Origin: a bacterium
GTDB lineage: Bacteria > Hinthialibacterota > Hinthialibacteria > Hinthialibacterales > Hinthialibacteraceae
Length of the DNA stretch: 64,000 nt
NCBI GenBank assembly: GCA_041946805.1
Contig: JBHGBC010000004.1
Location: forward strand, 1-64,000
Direction: 5' to 3'
In this document: positions 29,631 through 38,794 of the stretch, piece by piece
Numbering within the stretch: the stretch's first letter is position 1
How the letters are laid out: the number at the start of each line of letters is the position of its first letter
Position numbers and translations under genes: made by a program
Notes under the pieces: model-generated
Told to the model about the DNA's origin: nothing
Database searches by the model: none
The model's input: only the letters and a program-made list of their open reading frames with translations

Positions 29631-30407
29631 TCATTCTTCGTGGTATAAATCGAACCGGTACCGCCGCCGGCACTCTTCGTATACCTGGATTTCCTCGGCG
29701 GTGAACACGTCCCGCCATTGGCCCGCCCGTCCGTTGCGGGTGAACTTGAAACCCTCCACGTGCGAGGCTTCCCGCCGTTTATGCCCGACCTGGTCCTCGA
29801 TGGCGCGGACTTTTTCGATGCTGGAGCGTTGGATACTTTCCCGCAGGGCCAAGGGATCGGGATGAATCCCCAGGATATCCAGGATTTTTTGGAGTTCCTC
29901 TTCGGGGCGGTTCTTCAAATTTTCGTATTTCACCACGGTCTGGACGTGATCCTTCCACGTCCGGTAGTGATGGAAGTAGCCGGGCAGCCCCAAACGGGGG
30001 TGGCGCAGGAACTCCAAGAACGTCCCCTTGAAGGGATGATGATCCGGCCGTTTCTGGGATTCGTAGTGAAAACGCGAAATCATGGCGTCCCGCGGGTCCC
30101 GGATCACCAGCACCGCCTTCCGGTCCCGGAACAAGGGCCAGCGGTACAGGCGGTGGGTCACCACCACGCGGGGCAAGGTGCGGTAGGGCCATTCCTGGGG
30201 AAGGCGGCCCTGCCCGAAGGAATAAAGTGTGTCGTTCAGGGTTTCGAAATCGACGATTTTACCGTCCCACTCGTTCAGGCTGATCAGGTTACACAAGATG
30301 AACCGGACCCACGTGCTGCCGGTTTTCGGATACGCCGCCAGGATGACATCGTCTTTGCGCAAATGCGTCATATCCGTCAGATAGTTCTTGATGCGCCGTA
30401 TCAACAT
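29631..30407 (-). CDS. Sulfotransferase
   Basis: AAYPKTGSTW, RDPRDAMIS, KYENL, RNGRAGQW. Confidence 0.92.
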   Translation of the reverse strand: MLIRRIKNYLTDMTHLRKDDVILAAYPKTGSTWVRFILCNLISLNEWDGKIVDFETLNDTLYSFGQGRLPQEWPYRTLPRVVVTHRLYRWPLFRDRKAVLVIRDPRDAMISRFHYESQKRPDHHPFKGTFLEFLRHPRLGLPGYFHHYRTWKDHVQTVVKYENLKNRPEEELQKILDILGIHPDPLALRESIQRSSIEKVRAIEDQVGHKRREASHVEGFKFTRNGRAGQWRDVFTAEEIQVYEECRRRYRFDLYHEE

Positions 30408-30679
30408 ATCACTCCCTCCCGTCCGGGCGAACCATCCGGAACAAGGCCCCCCGCGCCGCTTTCCGGCATGGAAATCACGGCGTGGATGAAATAGAAGACG
30501 CCGCGGGCCGGGAACCCAGAAAATCCCGCGCCGCGAGGTCGCGCAACGGTCGATGGGAGAAACACACGATGAGGATTCGGTGGTAAAACAGGATTATTAT
30601 AATGCGGTTTGAGAACGAGGCAAATCAAAGCCGGTTATTCAGGCCGGCAGTCCGGCCCGGCCAGCGCGCGCCGGGGAGA

Positions 30680-31795
30680 TCACCGCACGGAAACATACCC
30701 TCCCGGAACGCCCCGCTTGGAGAAAACGATCTGCCACACCTGGTTGCGGCGGGCGCGGAACGCTCCCGCGCATGCCAACAGGTAATATTTCCACATCCGG
30801 TAAAACGGTTCGCCATACCGGGGCCGTAGTTCTTCCCAATGCCGGTCGAAATTGTGGAACCAGGCCATCAGGGTTCTATCATAATGAGCACCTAGGTTGT
30901 GCACATCCTCGATGAGAAACAATCCTTCCGCCGCGCGGGAGATTTGCGCGAGAGAGGGCAGTTTCGAATTGGGGAAGATGTATTTCGCGATCCAGGGATC
31001 CGTGGTCCAGCCCGAGCCGGGCAGCCCGATGGTGTGCAACAAAAACAGGCCGTCATCCCGCAGCAGCCGTTCCACGGCGGTCAGGAAGGCGCGGTAGTTC
31101 TTGTTTCCCACGTGTTCGAACATCCCGATCGAAACCACGCAGTCATACGTTCCCTCCACGCCGCGGTAATCCCGCAGCTGGATATCCACGGGCAAGCCCG
31201 CGCATTGCCGGCGCGCCTCGTCCATCTGGTTGCGCGAAACCGTGACGCCCGCCACCTCGGCTTGATACTTTTCGGCCGCGTATTTGGCGAGTCCGCCCCA
31301 TCCGCAACCGATGTCCAACAATTTCATCCCTGGCTTCAAGCCTATTTTTTCGCACACCAGCCGGAGTTTCGCCTCCTGCGCGGCATCCAGACTGTCCGCT
31401 TCTTTCCAATAGGCGCAGCTGTACACCATCCGACGGTCCAGCATCGCCCGGTAGAGATCGTTTCCGAGGTCGTAATGGCGCTCGCCGATCTCGAAGGCCC
31501 TGGACCGGCGTTGGGGATTGAACAAGAGATACTTCAGATTATGGGAGAGAATTTCCCAGCTGCGGGTGAACGGCGGACGCACGTCAAAGCGCAGGATCCG
31601 GTAGAACAGTTCATCGAGCCGCCCGGCGTCCCACCAAGCCGCCATGTACGATTCGCCCAGCCCCAGGGATCCATGCCGGAGCACCCGCGAATAAAACAGC
31701 GTATTGTGCACCTGAATGTCCCAAGGCCGGCCGCCGTTGATCTCGACACCGGCAGGTCTCAGGAGCGCTTGAATGGTTTTTTTCGCGTCGGACAT
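30680..31795 (-). CDS. cfa: Cyclopropane-fatty-acyl-phospholipid synthase
   Basis: HYDLGNDLY, YSCAYW, LDIGCGWGG, SIGMFEHVG, RMWKYYL. Confidence 0.96.
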   Translation of the reverse strand: MSDAKKTIQALLRPAGVEINGGRPWDIQVHNTLFYSRVLRHGSLGLGESYMAAWWDAGRLDELFYRILRFDVRPPFTRSWEILSHNLKYLLFNPQRRSRAFEIGERHYDLGNDLYRAMLDRRMVYSCAYWKEADSLDAAQEAKLRLVCEKIGLKPGMKLLDIGCGWGGLAKYAAEKYQAEVAGVTVSRNQMDEARRQCAGLPVDIQLRDYRGVEGTYDCVVSIGMFEHVGNKNYRAFLTAVERLLRDDGLFLLHTIGLPGSGWTTDPWIAKYIFPNSKLPSLAQISRAAEGLFLIEDVHNLGAHYDRTLMAWFHNFDRHWEELRPRYGEPFYRMWKYYLLACAGAFRARRNQVWQIVFSKRGVPGGYVSVR

Positions 31796-31998
31796 CCCTT
31801 GACCCCTTTCGGCAGGAATCTTCGGGAACCATATCCGGAAGCGGATGGCGGTTTTGATTCTTTTTATCTGCTAAAAGCCGCGGAAGGGTGGATGACAATA
31901 TAGAAGATTATAATCGCTTCCCGGCATAAAAACCGGGGATTGGATTGCTTGCCGTCATGATTTCATACCTGGAAGTTTTCGTAAGTGAGGATCAGTTT

Positions 31999-32191
31999 GG
32001 TGGGCTACACCGCGCTAGGAGCCTCCCCTACGGGCTTTGGGGAAGTAATCAAAGGACGCAAGGAACCTCAAGGACAAAAAGAATTGGCAAAAGGGGGTCA
32101 TGGCGGGCCATGCCGCGCTGGAAGCCGATCCTCCCTCTACTTTGCGGGAGGAACAAAAGAACAGGAGGCGGACACGGAGGTCCGCCCCTGC
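31999..32191. repeat. REP mosaic (E 31999-32031, B 32167-32191)
   Basis: GGTGGGCTAC..GCCTCCCCTAC; GGCGGACACGGAGGTCCGCCCCTGC. Confidence 0.7.
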
Positions 32192-32250
32192 ATCATTGCG
32201 ATCGGGATCACCTTTACCCAGGATCGCCGGATTTCCCGGGATCAAAGGGT

Positions 32251-32697
32251 TTACGATTCCTGCTGGTCCCCGGTATCCGGAGCGGCCCCGCCATTGGCCA
32301 GTTCGGGAGCCAGATGTCCCATATCCCGGAGATGGAAATCGCCCACCTGGCGGCGGCGGGCCTTGATGCGCGTCGCCTTCCCGACCCGCTCGCGCAGATA
32401 ATACAACTTGGCCCGGCGGACCCGGCCGCGGCGGACCAGTTTGATCGACTCGATGCGGGGGGAATGCAGGGGGAAAATCCGTTCCACGCCCGTCCCATAG
32501 GATATCTTGCGCACCGTGAAGGTTTCGCCCAATCCCCCGCCCCGGCGCGCGATCACCACGCCTTCAAACGCCTGGATGCGCTCCTTTTCCCCTTCGATGA
32601 CCCGGGTATTCACGCGGACGGTGTCCCCCGGCTGGAAATAGGGATAGCTGGAACGCATCTGCTGTTCTTCAAATTCTTTCAAACCCGGATGTTCCAT
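32251..32697 (-). CDS. rplS: 50S ribosomal protein L19
   Basis: [48 protein letters not shown]. Confidence 0.97.
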   Translation of the reverse strand: MEHPGLKEFEEQQMRSSYPYFQPGDTVRVNTRVIEGEKERIQAFEGVVIARRGGGLGETFTVRKISYGTGVERIFPLHSPRIESIKLVRRGRVRRAKLYYLRERVGKATRIKARRRQVGDFHLRDMGHLAPELANGGAAPDTGDQQES

Positions 32698-32740
32698 TTT
32701 TCGGTCTCCTTGCCCTTCCTGCAAACACAAAGTGGTTAGT

Positions 32741-33349
32741 TTAGCCTTCTTTTCGATTCCCGCAAAGCCGGTCAAGAATAATGGCCGCCGCGCCCCGGAC
32801 CGACAAATGATTGTATTCGCCCGCCCCTTGGATCGGCTCCAGCAGCCAGTCGCACCGCCGTAAAAACTCCTGAATCAATCCCCAGCCCGTGCCCAGCAAC
32901 AGCAGGTACGGCCTATCCTCTTCCCGCAATTTTTTCGCCAGTTCTTCATACCCGGTCCGGCGGCAGTCTTCGTACATCCGGGCGGAAGTCGCCACCAGCA
33001 CGGGTTTTTCCCCCTGCCGTTCCTCGATTTCCGCCACGCACTCCTCGAGATGGCTGCAGATCTTGAGGATGGACAGCGCCTCGGTGCGCGTTTGGTTGTA
33101 CCGCGCCCCGTATTCGCTGCGCCAGAATTCCTCGACCCGCCGGGCCAGGTACTGCATGGTGGGCATCGGGTTGACGACGTAATACCGCCGCACGCCGAAG
33201 GTCATCGCGGACCGCGCGATATCGTGCAGGTCCATCGGCGTGATCGACGTGGTGATGACCTCGCCGGTCTTTTTATAAACGGGATAATGCAGCAACGCCA
33301 GGTACAGGGGCGCTTTCAGGTGCGAAGCTTTCGCCGGCGGCGCGCTCAT
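32741..33349 (-). CDS. SPOUT-family RNA methyltransferase (TrmD-associated type)
   Basis: [46 protein letters not shown] overlap with trmD. Confidence 0.9.
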   Translation of the reverse strand: MSAPPAKASHLKAPLYLALLHYPVYKKTGEVITTSITPMDLHDIARSAMTFGVRRYYVVNPMPTMQYLARRVEEFWRSEYGARYNQTRTEALSILKICSHLEECVAEIEERQGEKPVLVATSARMYEDCRRTGYEELAKKLREEDRPYLLLLGTGWGLIQEFLRRCDWLLEPIQGAGEYNHLSVRGAAAIILDRLCGNRKEG

Positions 33350-34074
33350 GAACGAGGCCCTTTCCGGGATTCGCGTTCCGGATGTGTTTCCCGGTACCGC
33401 CGGTACAGTTCCGGCCGGCGTTCCCGCGTTCGTTTCTCCGCCTGGGCCAGCCGCCACTTCGCGATTTCCGCGTGATTCCCGTTCAACAGCACTTCCGGCA
33501 CCCGCAGGCCCCGCACGTCCCGCGGCCGCGTGTACCGGGGGCAATCCAACAAGCCGCTGGTGTACGAATCCTCCTCCACCGAATCCATGGAATTCACCAC
33601 GCCGGGAATCAGCCGCACCACGGAATCCACGATCACCATCGACGCCAGCTCGCCTCCCGTCAGGATGTAATCCCCGATCGAAATTTCATCCGGTTTCAGA
33701 TACTCGATCACCCGCTGGTCCACGCCCTTGTAATGACCGCAAATCAGCACCAGGTGGTCCTTCCGCGACAACTCCTCCGCCACGGATTGCTCGTGGGTCC
33801 TTCCCTGCGGCGTGGTAAGGATCACGTGCGTCACGCCCGTTGCCTGCCGCTGCAAGTCCTCCACCGCCTCGATGAGCGGCTCGGCCAGCATGACCATGCC
33901 GTTCCCGCCCCCGTATGGTTCGTCATCCGTCTTGTGATGGCGGTCATGGGTCCAATCGCGGAGATTGTGAACCCGCAGGTCCAGTTTCCCGGATTCGCGC
34001 GCCCGTTTGATGATGCTCTCATCGAAGGGGCCGGTGAACATATCCACGAAGGTCGTCAGGATATCGATTCGCAT
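33346..34074 (-). CDS. trmD: tRNA (guanine-N1)-methyltransferase
   Basis: DDEPYGGG.GMV, ICGHYKGVDQR, SIGDYILTGGE, YTRP. Confidence 0.97.
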   Translation of the reverse strand: MRIDILTTFVDMFTGPFDESIIKRARESGKLDLRVHNLRDWTHDRHHKTDDEPYGGGNGMVMLAEPLIEAVEDLQRQATGVTHVILTTPQGRTHEQSVAEELSRKDHLVLICGHYKGVDQRVIEYLKPDEISIGDYILTGGELASMVIVDSVVRLIPGVVNSMDSVEEDSYTSGLLDCPRYTRPRDVRGLRVPEVLLNGNHAEIAKWRLAQAEKRTRERRPELYRRYRETHPERESRKGPRS

Positions 34075-34089
34075 GCTGAATCAAGGCGG

Positions 34090-34659
34090 TCATCCAGCGG
34101 GAAAATTCCTTATTCCGGGAGTGTCGTCCTCTTCCAGGAGAGGAGGACTCACGATGATGGTATTTTCGGCCTTCCGGACTTCCTTCACCACTTCCAGATT
34201 GGCGGGCAGCAGGTATTCCCGGCCGCCCGGCCCCCGCACCACCAGCACGTCGCATTCGCCGGTTTCGATAATCTCCGCCACTTCCCCCAGTTCCTCGCCG
34301 GAGACGGTCACCACGCGGCGGAAGAGAAAATCCGCTTCATAATACGTGTTCTCTTCCTCCAGAGCGGGCAGGGCGGATTCGGCGATCCACACGACCGCCC
34401 CGCTGAGTTTCTCCGAAGCCTCCCGGCTGTCCACGCCCCGGAATTTCACGATCGGGGCATTCACCGAACCCCGCACGTACTCCACCTCCACCTCCCGGTC
34501 GGGGGATTCGAGGCGCAGCGAACCAAGGGTCTCCAGGATCCACGGATCACACCCGAACGGGCTGAACTTGAGTTCGCCGTCCAGGGCGTGCGGCTTGATC
34601 AGCCGTCCCAGGTATATCCGGTCTTTGTGAACGGTACGCTTGCGGCGGCGCAGCCCCAT
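34090..34659 (-). CDS. rimM: 16S rRNA processing protein
   Basis: GRLIKPHALDGELK, GEELGEV, EYLLP; position in operon. Confidence 0.93.
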   Translation of the reverse strand: MGLRRRKRTVHKDRIYLGRLIKPHALDGELKFSPFGCDPWILETLGSLRLESPDREVEVEYVRGSVNAPIVKFRGVDSREASEKLSGAVVWIAESALPALEEENTYYEADFLFRRVVTVSGEELGEVAEIIETGECDVLVVRGPGGREYLLPANLEVVKEVRKAENTIIVSPPLLEEDDTPGIRNFPAG

Positions 34660-34694
34660 CCCTGGAATTCCTTTCCAAACGGCCGGTCAACGGC

Positions 34695-34952
34695 TTATTG
34701 TTTCTCTTCCGCGATTTCCACCAGCGTGCGCTTGTTTTCGATCGACGCCTTGGCGGATACCAGCAGCCGCAATGCGCGGGCGGTTTTGCCGTTCCGGCCG
34801 ATGATCCGCCCCATATCACCGGGGCTGACCTTGATGGTGTATTCCTCGGTGCCGTCCTCCAAGGTCCGTTCGGTGACCAGAACCTCGTCCGGACAGCTGA
34901 CCAGCGATTTGCTGAGATAGATCAAGAAATCCTTCACGCTCGTTTTTTCCAT
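34695..34952 (-). CDS. khpA: KH-domain RNA-binding protein
   Basis: DMGRIIGRNGKTARALR; between rpsP and rimM. Confidence 0.92.
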   Translation of the reverse strand: MEKTSVKDFLIYLSKSLVSCPDEVLVTERTLEDGTEEYTIKVSPGDMGRIIGRNGKTARALRLLVSAKASIENKRTLVEIAEEKQ

Positions 34953-35169
34953 AGTATTCTCATTCGCTTCTCCGAAAGCTTCACCGCGCCGGGAGGCAGT
35001 CATCCGGCGCGCCGCGGTTCAGGACGGCGGGAGCATATCGCTCCGGCTCCATGATCCCGGATCCCCGGATCCGAACCCGACCTCGCGATTCGTATCAGCG
35101 CCGCCGTTTGGGCATATTTTAGGCTCTCCCATCCGCAACCCTTCAGTCCCGCCATCCGATCGATCCAGT

Positions 35170-35529
35170 TCAAGAAGTCACGGACGGTTCCGCGTTTTCC
35201 GGGGCGGCGGATTGTGCCGGCGCGGGGGCCGCATCCGGGGCCGGTTGCGAGGTGATCAGTGTTTTGTACTCACCGGATTTGAAACGTTCCAGAATTCCCT
35301 GTTTTTTCAGGAGAGAACGGGCGGTTTCACTCAGTTGCGCGCCTTGTTCCAGCCATTTGTAGATCTCGGCTTCCTTGAGCGACATCTGAGCAGGCTCTTT
35401 CACCGGATCGTACCACCCGATGTTGGCGATGGTCTTGCCATCCCGCCGCCAGCGGGAATCCATGACCACCAGCCGGAAAAAGGGCACGTTACGCTTACCC
35501 ATCCTTTTCAAACGAATCTTGACTGACAT
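35170..35529 (-). CDS. rpsP: 30S ribosomal protein S16
   Basis: MSVKIRLKRMGK, DSRWRRDG, GWYDP, GAQLSET; GGAGG RBS. Confidence 0.97.
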   Translation of the reverse strand: MSVKIRLKRMGKRNVPFFRLVVMDSRWRRDGKTIANIGWYDPVKEPAQMSLKEAEIYKWLEQGAQLSETARSLLKKQGILERFKSGEYKTLITSQPAPDAAPAPAQSAAPENAEPSVTS

Positions 35530-35573
35530 GCATAACCTCCTTCAATTGATGATCTTACATTATGTGAATGGAT

Positions 35574-35603
35574 ATTATGGTTTAATCCTGGATATTATGA
35601 CAA
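35574..35603 (-). promoter_or_regulatory. Putative sigma-70 promoter of rpsP operon
   Basis: TTGTCA-18 nt-CATAAT on minus strand; overlaps a 10-bp direct repeat GGATATTATG (35570, 35590). Confidence 0.45.
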
Positions 35604-35632
35604 TCTTCCGCGATTGCGATCAAATCAGATTT

Positions 35633-35665
35633 CCCTCACCCTACCCCTCTCCCAGAGGTAGAGGG
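35633..35665 (+). repeat. REP family A
   Basis: CCCTCACCCTACCCCTCTCCCAGAGGTAGAGGG. Confidence 0.85.
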
Positions 35666-35726
35666 AGCTCAGTACTCTTCCCGAGGAAGAGGAATTCAGT
35701 GTTCGGATCACCACGCTCATCGAATC

Positions 35727-37103
35727 CTACATGCCGGGGAACATCCCACGCATGTTCATCATCTTTTTCATCATCTTTTTGGACATTTTCGGCTTCTTGC
35801 CTCTGTTCTTGGCCGCGCCGGCCATCATGCTCATCATCTGGCGGGTTTGCGCGAATTGTTTCAGCAGGCGGTTCACATCCTGGATGGAAGTCCCGCTGCC
35901 CATGGCGATCCGCCGCTTGCGGCTGCCGCTGATGACATGGGGCAGGCTGCGTTCCTCGGGAGTCATGGACAGGATCATGGCCTCCACGTATTTCATCTCG
36001 TCTTCACTCAAGTTGATGTTCTTGACAGCCTCGTTGCCGCCCATGCCGGGCAGCAGGGAAAGGATGTTTCCGATGCCGCCCATTTTTTTGACTTGCGAAA
36101 TCTGTTTCAAAAAGTCATCGAGGGTGAAGGTCTGATCCAGCAGTTTCTTCTGCAAGGTCAGCGCTTCCTCTTCGTTGTAGGCCTGCTTGGCCTTCTCGAT
36201 GAGGGTCAGCACATCACCCATGCCCAGGATGCGCGAGGCCATGCGGCCGGGGAAGAACGGCTCCAGGTCCTCCAGTTTTTCCCCCATGCCCGCGAACAGG
36301 ATGGGTTGGCCGGTGACATAACGGATCGACAAAGCCGCGCCGCCCCGGGTGTCACTGTCCAGCTTGGTCAGTATGGTTCCCGTAATTCCCAGTCCTTCAT
36401 GAAAATGCTGGGCCTGGTTAATGGCGTCCTGACCAACCATCGAGTCGACCACCAGGATGATATGCGAGGGTTTCCAGTTCTGCTTGATTCGCTGGACTTC
36501 GGCCATCATTTCGTCGTCGATGTGCAGCCGGCCCGCGGTATCCAGGATGATCGTGTCGAGCCCTTCCTTGTACGCCTTTTTCGATCCTTGGCGGGCGATT
36601 TCCACAGGATCGGCGTCCGTTCCCATCTGGAACACGGGGACACCGGCTTTTTCGCCCACGACTTCCAGTTGCTTGATAGCCGCCGGGCGGTAAATATCGC
36701 CCGCGCAGAGCAATGGCTTGCGTCCCTCCGCCATCAATTTTTTGGCCAGTTTGGCCGCCGTGGTGGTTTTACCGGATCCTTGCAACCCCACCAGCATGAT
36801 CCGTGCTTCGCCCGCAGGGAGGTCCAGACGGCCTTCCTTCCCGCCCAGCAAATCGATCATCGCCTCGTGCACGATTTTGATGACCTGTTGCGCCGGATTC
36901 AGCCCCTTGAGGATTTCCGCGCCGAAGGCCCGGTCTTCCACCTTCTGACAGAATTCCTTGGTGGCCTTGATGTTGACATCCGCCTCCAGGAACGCCAGGC
37001 GCACTTCGCGCAAGGCCTCGCGGATGGACTTTTCGTCGAGCCGGGATTTGCCCGTCAACCGGCTGAAAATCGCCTGAAAACGGCCGGTTAGGTTTTCAAA
37101 CAT
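35727..37103 (-). CDS. ffh: Signal recognition particle protein
   Basis: MFENLT, GLQGSGKTT, DIYRPAA, DTAGR, TKLD, RILGMGD, Met-rich M domain. Confidence 0.98.
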   Translation of the reverse strand: MFENLTGRFQAIFSRLTGKSRLDEKSIREALREVRLAFLEADVNIKATKEFCQKVEDRAFGAEILKGLNPAQQVIKIVHEAMIDLLGGKEGRLDLPAGEARIMLVGLQGSGKTTTAAKLAKKLMAEGRKPLLCAGDIYRPAAIKQLEVVGEKAGVPVFQMGTDADPVEIARQGSKKAYKEGLDTIILDTAGRLHIDDEMMAEVQRIKQNWKPSHIILVVDSMVGQDAINQAQHFHEGLGITGTILTKLDSDTRGGAALSIRYVTGQPILFAGMGEKLEDLEPFFPGRMASRILGMGDVLTLIEKAKQAYNEEEALTLQKKLLDQTFTLDDFLKQISQVKKMGGIGNILSLLPGMGGNEAVKNINLSEDEMKYVEAMILSMTPEERSLPHVISGSRKRRIAMGSGTSIQDVNRLLKQFAQTRQMMSMMAGAAKNRGKKPKMSKKMMKKMMNMRGMFPGM

Positions 37104-37222
37104 AAAACTGGTCTCCTCTGCGCCCGCTTCATCGCCAAGACGATACGTCCGGTGCACTTAAACATTATGAACCTCAAACCAATCCACCCTATCTGCCCCA
37201 TGGATGGAGAAGTCTTCTATCA

Positions 37223-37415
37223 CCCTCGCCCTTTGGGTGAGGGCTTAGGCGAGGGGCGTCGAAGGAATGGTATTTCCTCACACAACCCCTCCGCCAGAAG
37301 GAGAGGGAATTGGGGGATTGATTTCCCCGGCTAACTGGCGGGTTAACCGGCAAACACGCTTGCTGGGAAGTATCTCCAACCAGTTAACCGGGCGGACACA
37401 AAGATCCGCCCCTAC
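37223..37415. repeat. REP mosaic (A minus 37223-37256, A 37276-37307 with MITE-2-like tail, B 37390-37415)
   Basis: Two divergent A units; GGGGATTGATTTCCCCGGC; GGGCGGACACAAAGATCCGCCCCTAC. Confidence 0.75.
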
Positions 37416-37440
37416 AATGTATGTACCTTACAATGCGCCT

Positions 37441-37848
37441 TTACTCCAGCCCGGCAAGCTTCCGCAGGCTTTTCACCTTGCGGCGCAACGGCCCGGTGTC
37501 ATAAATGATGTCTTCGCCCACCAGGGCCGACAGGGATTGCACTTCTTCCTGGATTTTTTTTAGGTCGATCGGGACACCCGCGGCCGGTTGGGCACACTCC
37601 GGTCTCTGGGACCGGGCAAGCAATCCCAAATGCTCCTCGAAATGGAGCAAGGCTTTTTTGCCATGCTGGATCGTGTCATGAACCGCCTGGCGGGAGATGT
37701 CCTCGGCTTCCGCGATTTCTCCGTAGGATAAATCCTCGTTGAAGTACAAATCCAGAAAATCCCGTTGCCGGTCCGTCAAGAGCCCTCCATAGACATCCAG
37801 GAGGGCGCCGATCCATTGTTTTTCTTCCAAAGGCTCCACCATAGCCAT
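37441..37848 (-). CDS. ylxM: YlxM/UPF0122 HTH protein (SRP GTPase activator)
   Basis: LLDVYGGLLTDRQ..LYFNEDLSYGEIAE..ISRQAVHD; directly upstream of ffh. Confidence 0.88.
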   Translation of the reverse strand: MAMVEPLEEKQWIGALLDVYGGLLTDRQRDFLDLYFNEDLSYGEIAEAEDISRQAVHDTIQHGKKALLHFEEHLGLLARSQRPECAQPAAGVPIDLKKIQEEVQSLSALVGEDIIYDTGPLRRKVKSLRKLAGLE

Positions 37849-38049
37849 CCAACCAGGTCAACGGAAATACCGGAATGGCATGTAAAGAATGAATACTTGA
37901 CTCAAGCGTAATTCACAATCGGGGCCCGTCAAGGAGCTTGGATAAGAGGCGGCGCGAATTGTCCATCCCTGAATGGAGGAGGCATGTGGAAATCCTCAAA
38001 AGCCATTCATTCACTCCTCCCGCGTGAGGGAAGAAAGGCTTCTATGAAA

Positions 38050-38076
38050 TAGGGGCACATGGCAAGGTGCCCCTAC
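38050..38076. repeat. REP family C
   Basis: TAGGGGCACATGGCAAGGTGCCCCTAC. Confidence 0.85.
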
Positions 38077-38136
38077 TGACCAAAATCCAGCCCTTCCCCT
38101 GCCATAAAAATTTTTTTATTTCTGAGCTCTAATTCC

Positions 38137-38295
38137 TTGGGCGGGTGTCTTTCTGTACAGACACCAGTTGATTCACGAGTTCCACGGGCGGGTAGGAACC
38201 GTGGGAGGAAAGGATCAACTCCCTACCATAACCACCACTTTTCACATCCTACTCTTCTTCTCTTTTAATGCCTCATCCCAGGGGGCATTTTTTTT
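38137..38295 (+). ncRNA. Candidate structured small RNA with intrinsic terminator
   Basis: Hairpins 38144-38165 and 38166-38220, C/U-rich linker, terminator; no + strand gene follows. Confidence 0.45.
38267..38295 (+). terminator. Intrinsic terminator
   Basis: AATGCCTC-loop-GGGGCATT followed by T-run. Confidence 0.75.
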
Positions 38296-38412
38296 GCCTG
38301 TTGGAGACCGCATCGAAGAGATTCCCCCCTTTGCGCGAACCGAATCCCGCTGGATTACCCATTTTTCAGGAAAGCCAAAAAGACCAGAGGCCAGATTTTT
38401 TTGAGTTGATTC

Positions 38413-38476
38413 GGGCGGACACCTAGGTCCGCCCCTACAAAAAATCCCTCACCCTGGCCCCCCAAAGGAAGAGGGG
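38413..38476 (+). repeat. REP B-A cassette
   Basis: GGGCGGACACCTAGGTCCGCCCCTAC-AAAAAAT-CCCTCACCCTGGCCC. Confidence 0.85.
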
Positions 38477-38485
38477 AATATTTCC

Positions 38486-38781
38486 GGTTCATCCGAGAAG
38501 TGTGTATACCGCCACGCTCTCATGCCCAGGGTTGAAACTGGTTTCGAGATGCCCTTATAATCCCTGGGTTAAAACCCTGGGCTAGTTTAAAGCCGTCCCC
38601 TGAAGGGGACTCCGAAAGTGTGTGGTTAAGGATAAAGGATGCATTCCGCCTTTTAAGGGATTCCCTCACCCTGGCCCTCTCCCAGAGGGAGAGGGGATCA
38701 GGGGATTGATTACCCCGGCCAACCCGATTGAACGACAGCCAGACATGCTTGAAAAAAAAGTACGCACTTATCGGATAAGCC
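38486..38781 (+). mobile_element. MITE-like element family 2 (296 bp) with REP D and A cargo
   Basis: GGTTCATCCGAGAAGTGTGTA ... TACGCACTTATCGGATAAGCC inverted termini. Confidence 0.7.
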
Positions 38782-38794
38782 AAAAAGAATCGCT

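Noticed and set aside
38137..38295. SRP RNA or tRNA next to ylxM-ffh
   Set aside because: No CAGG-GNRA-AGCA domain IV motif; ACCA at 38225-38228 is not preceded by a cloverleaf or T-loop
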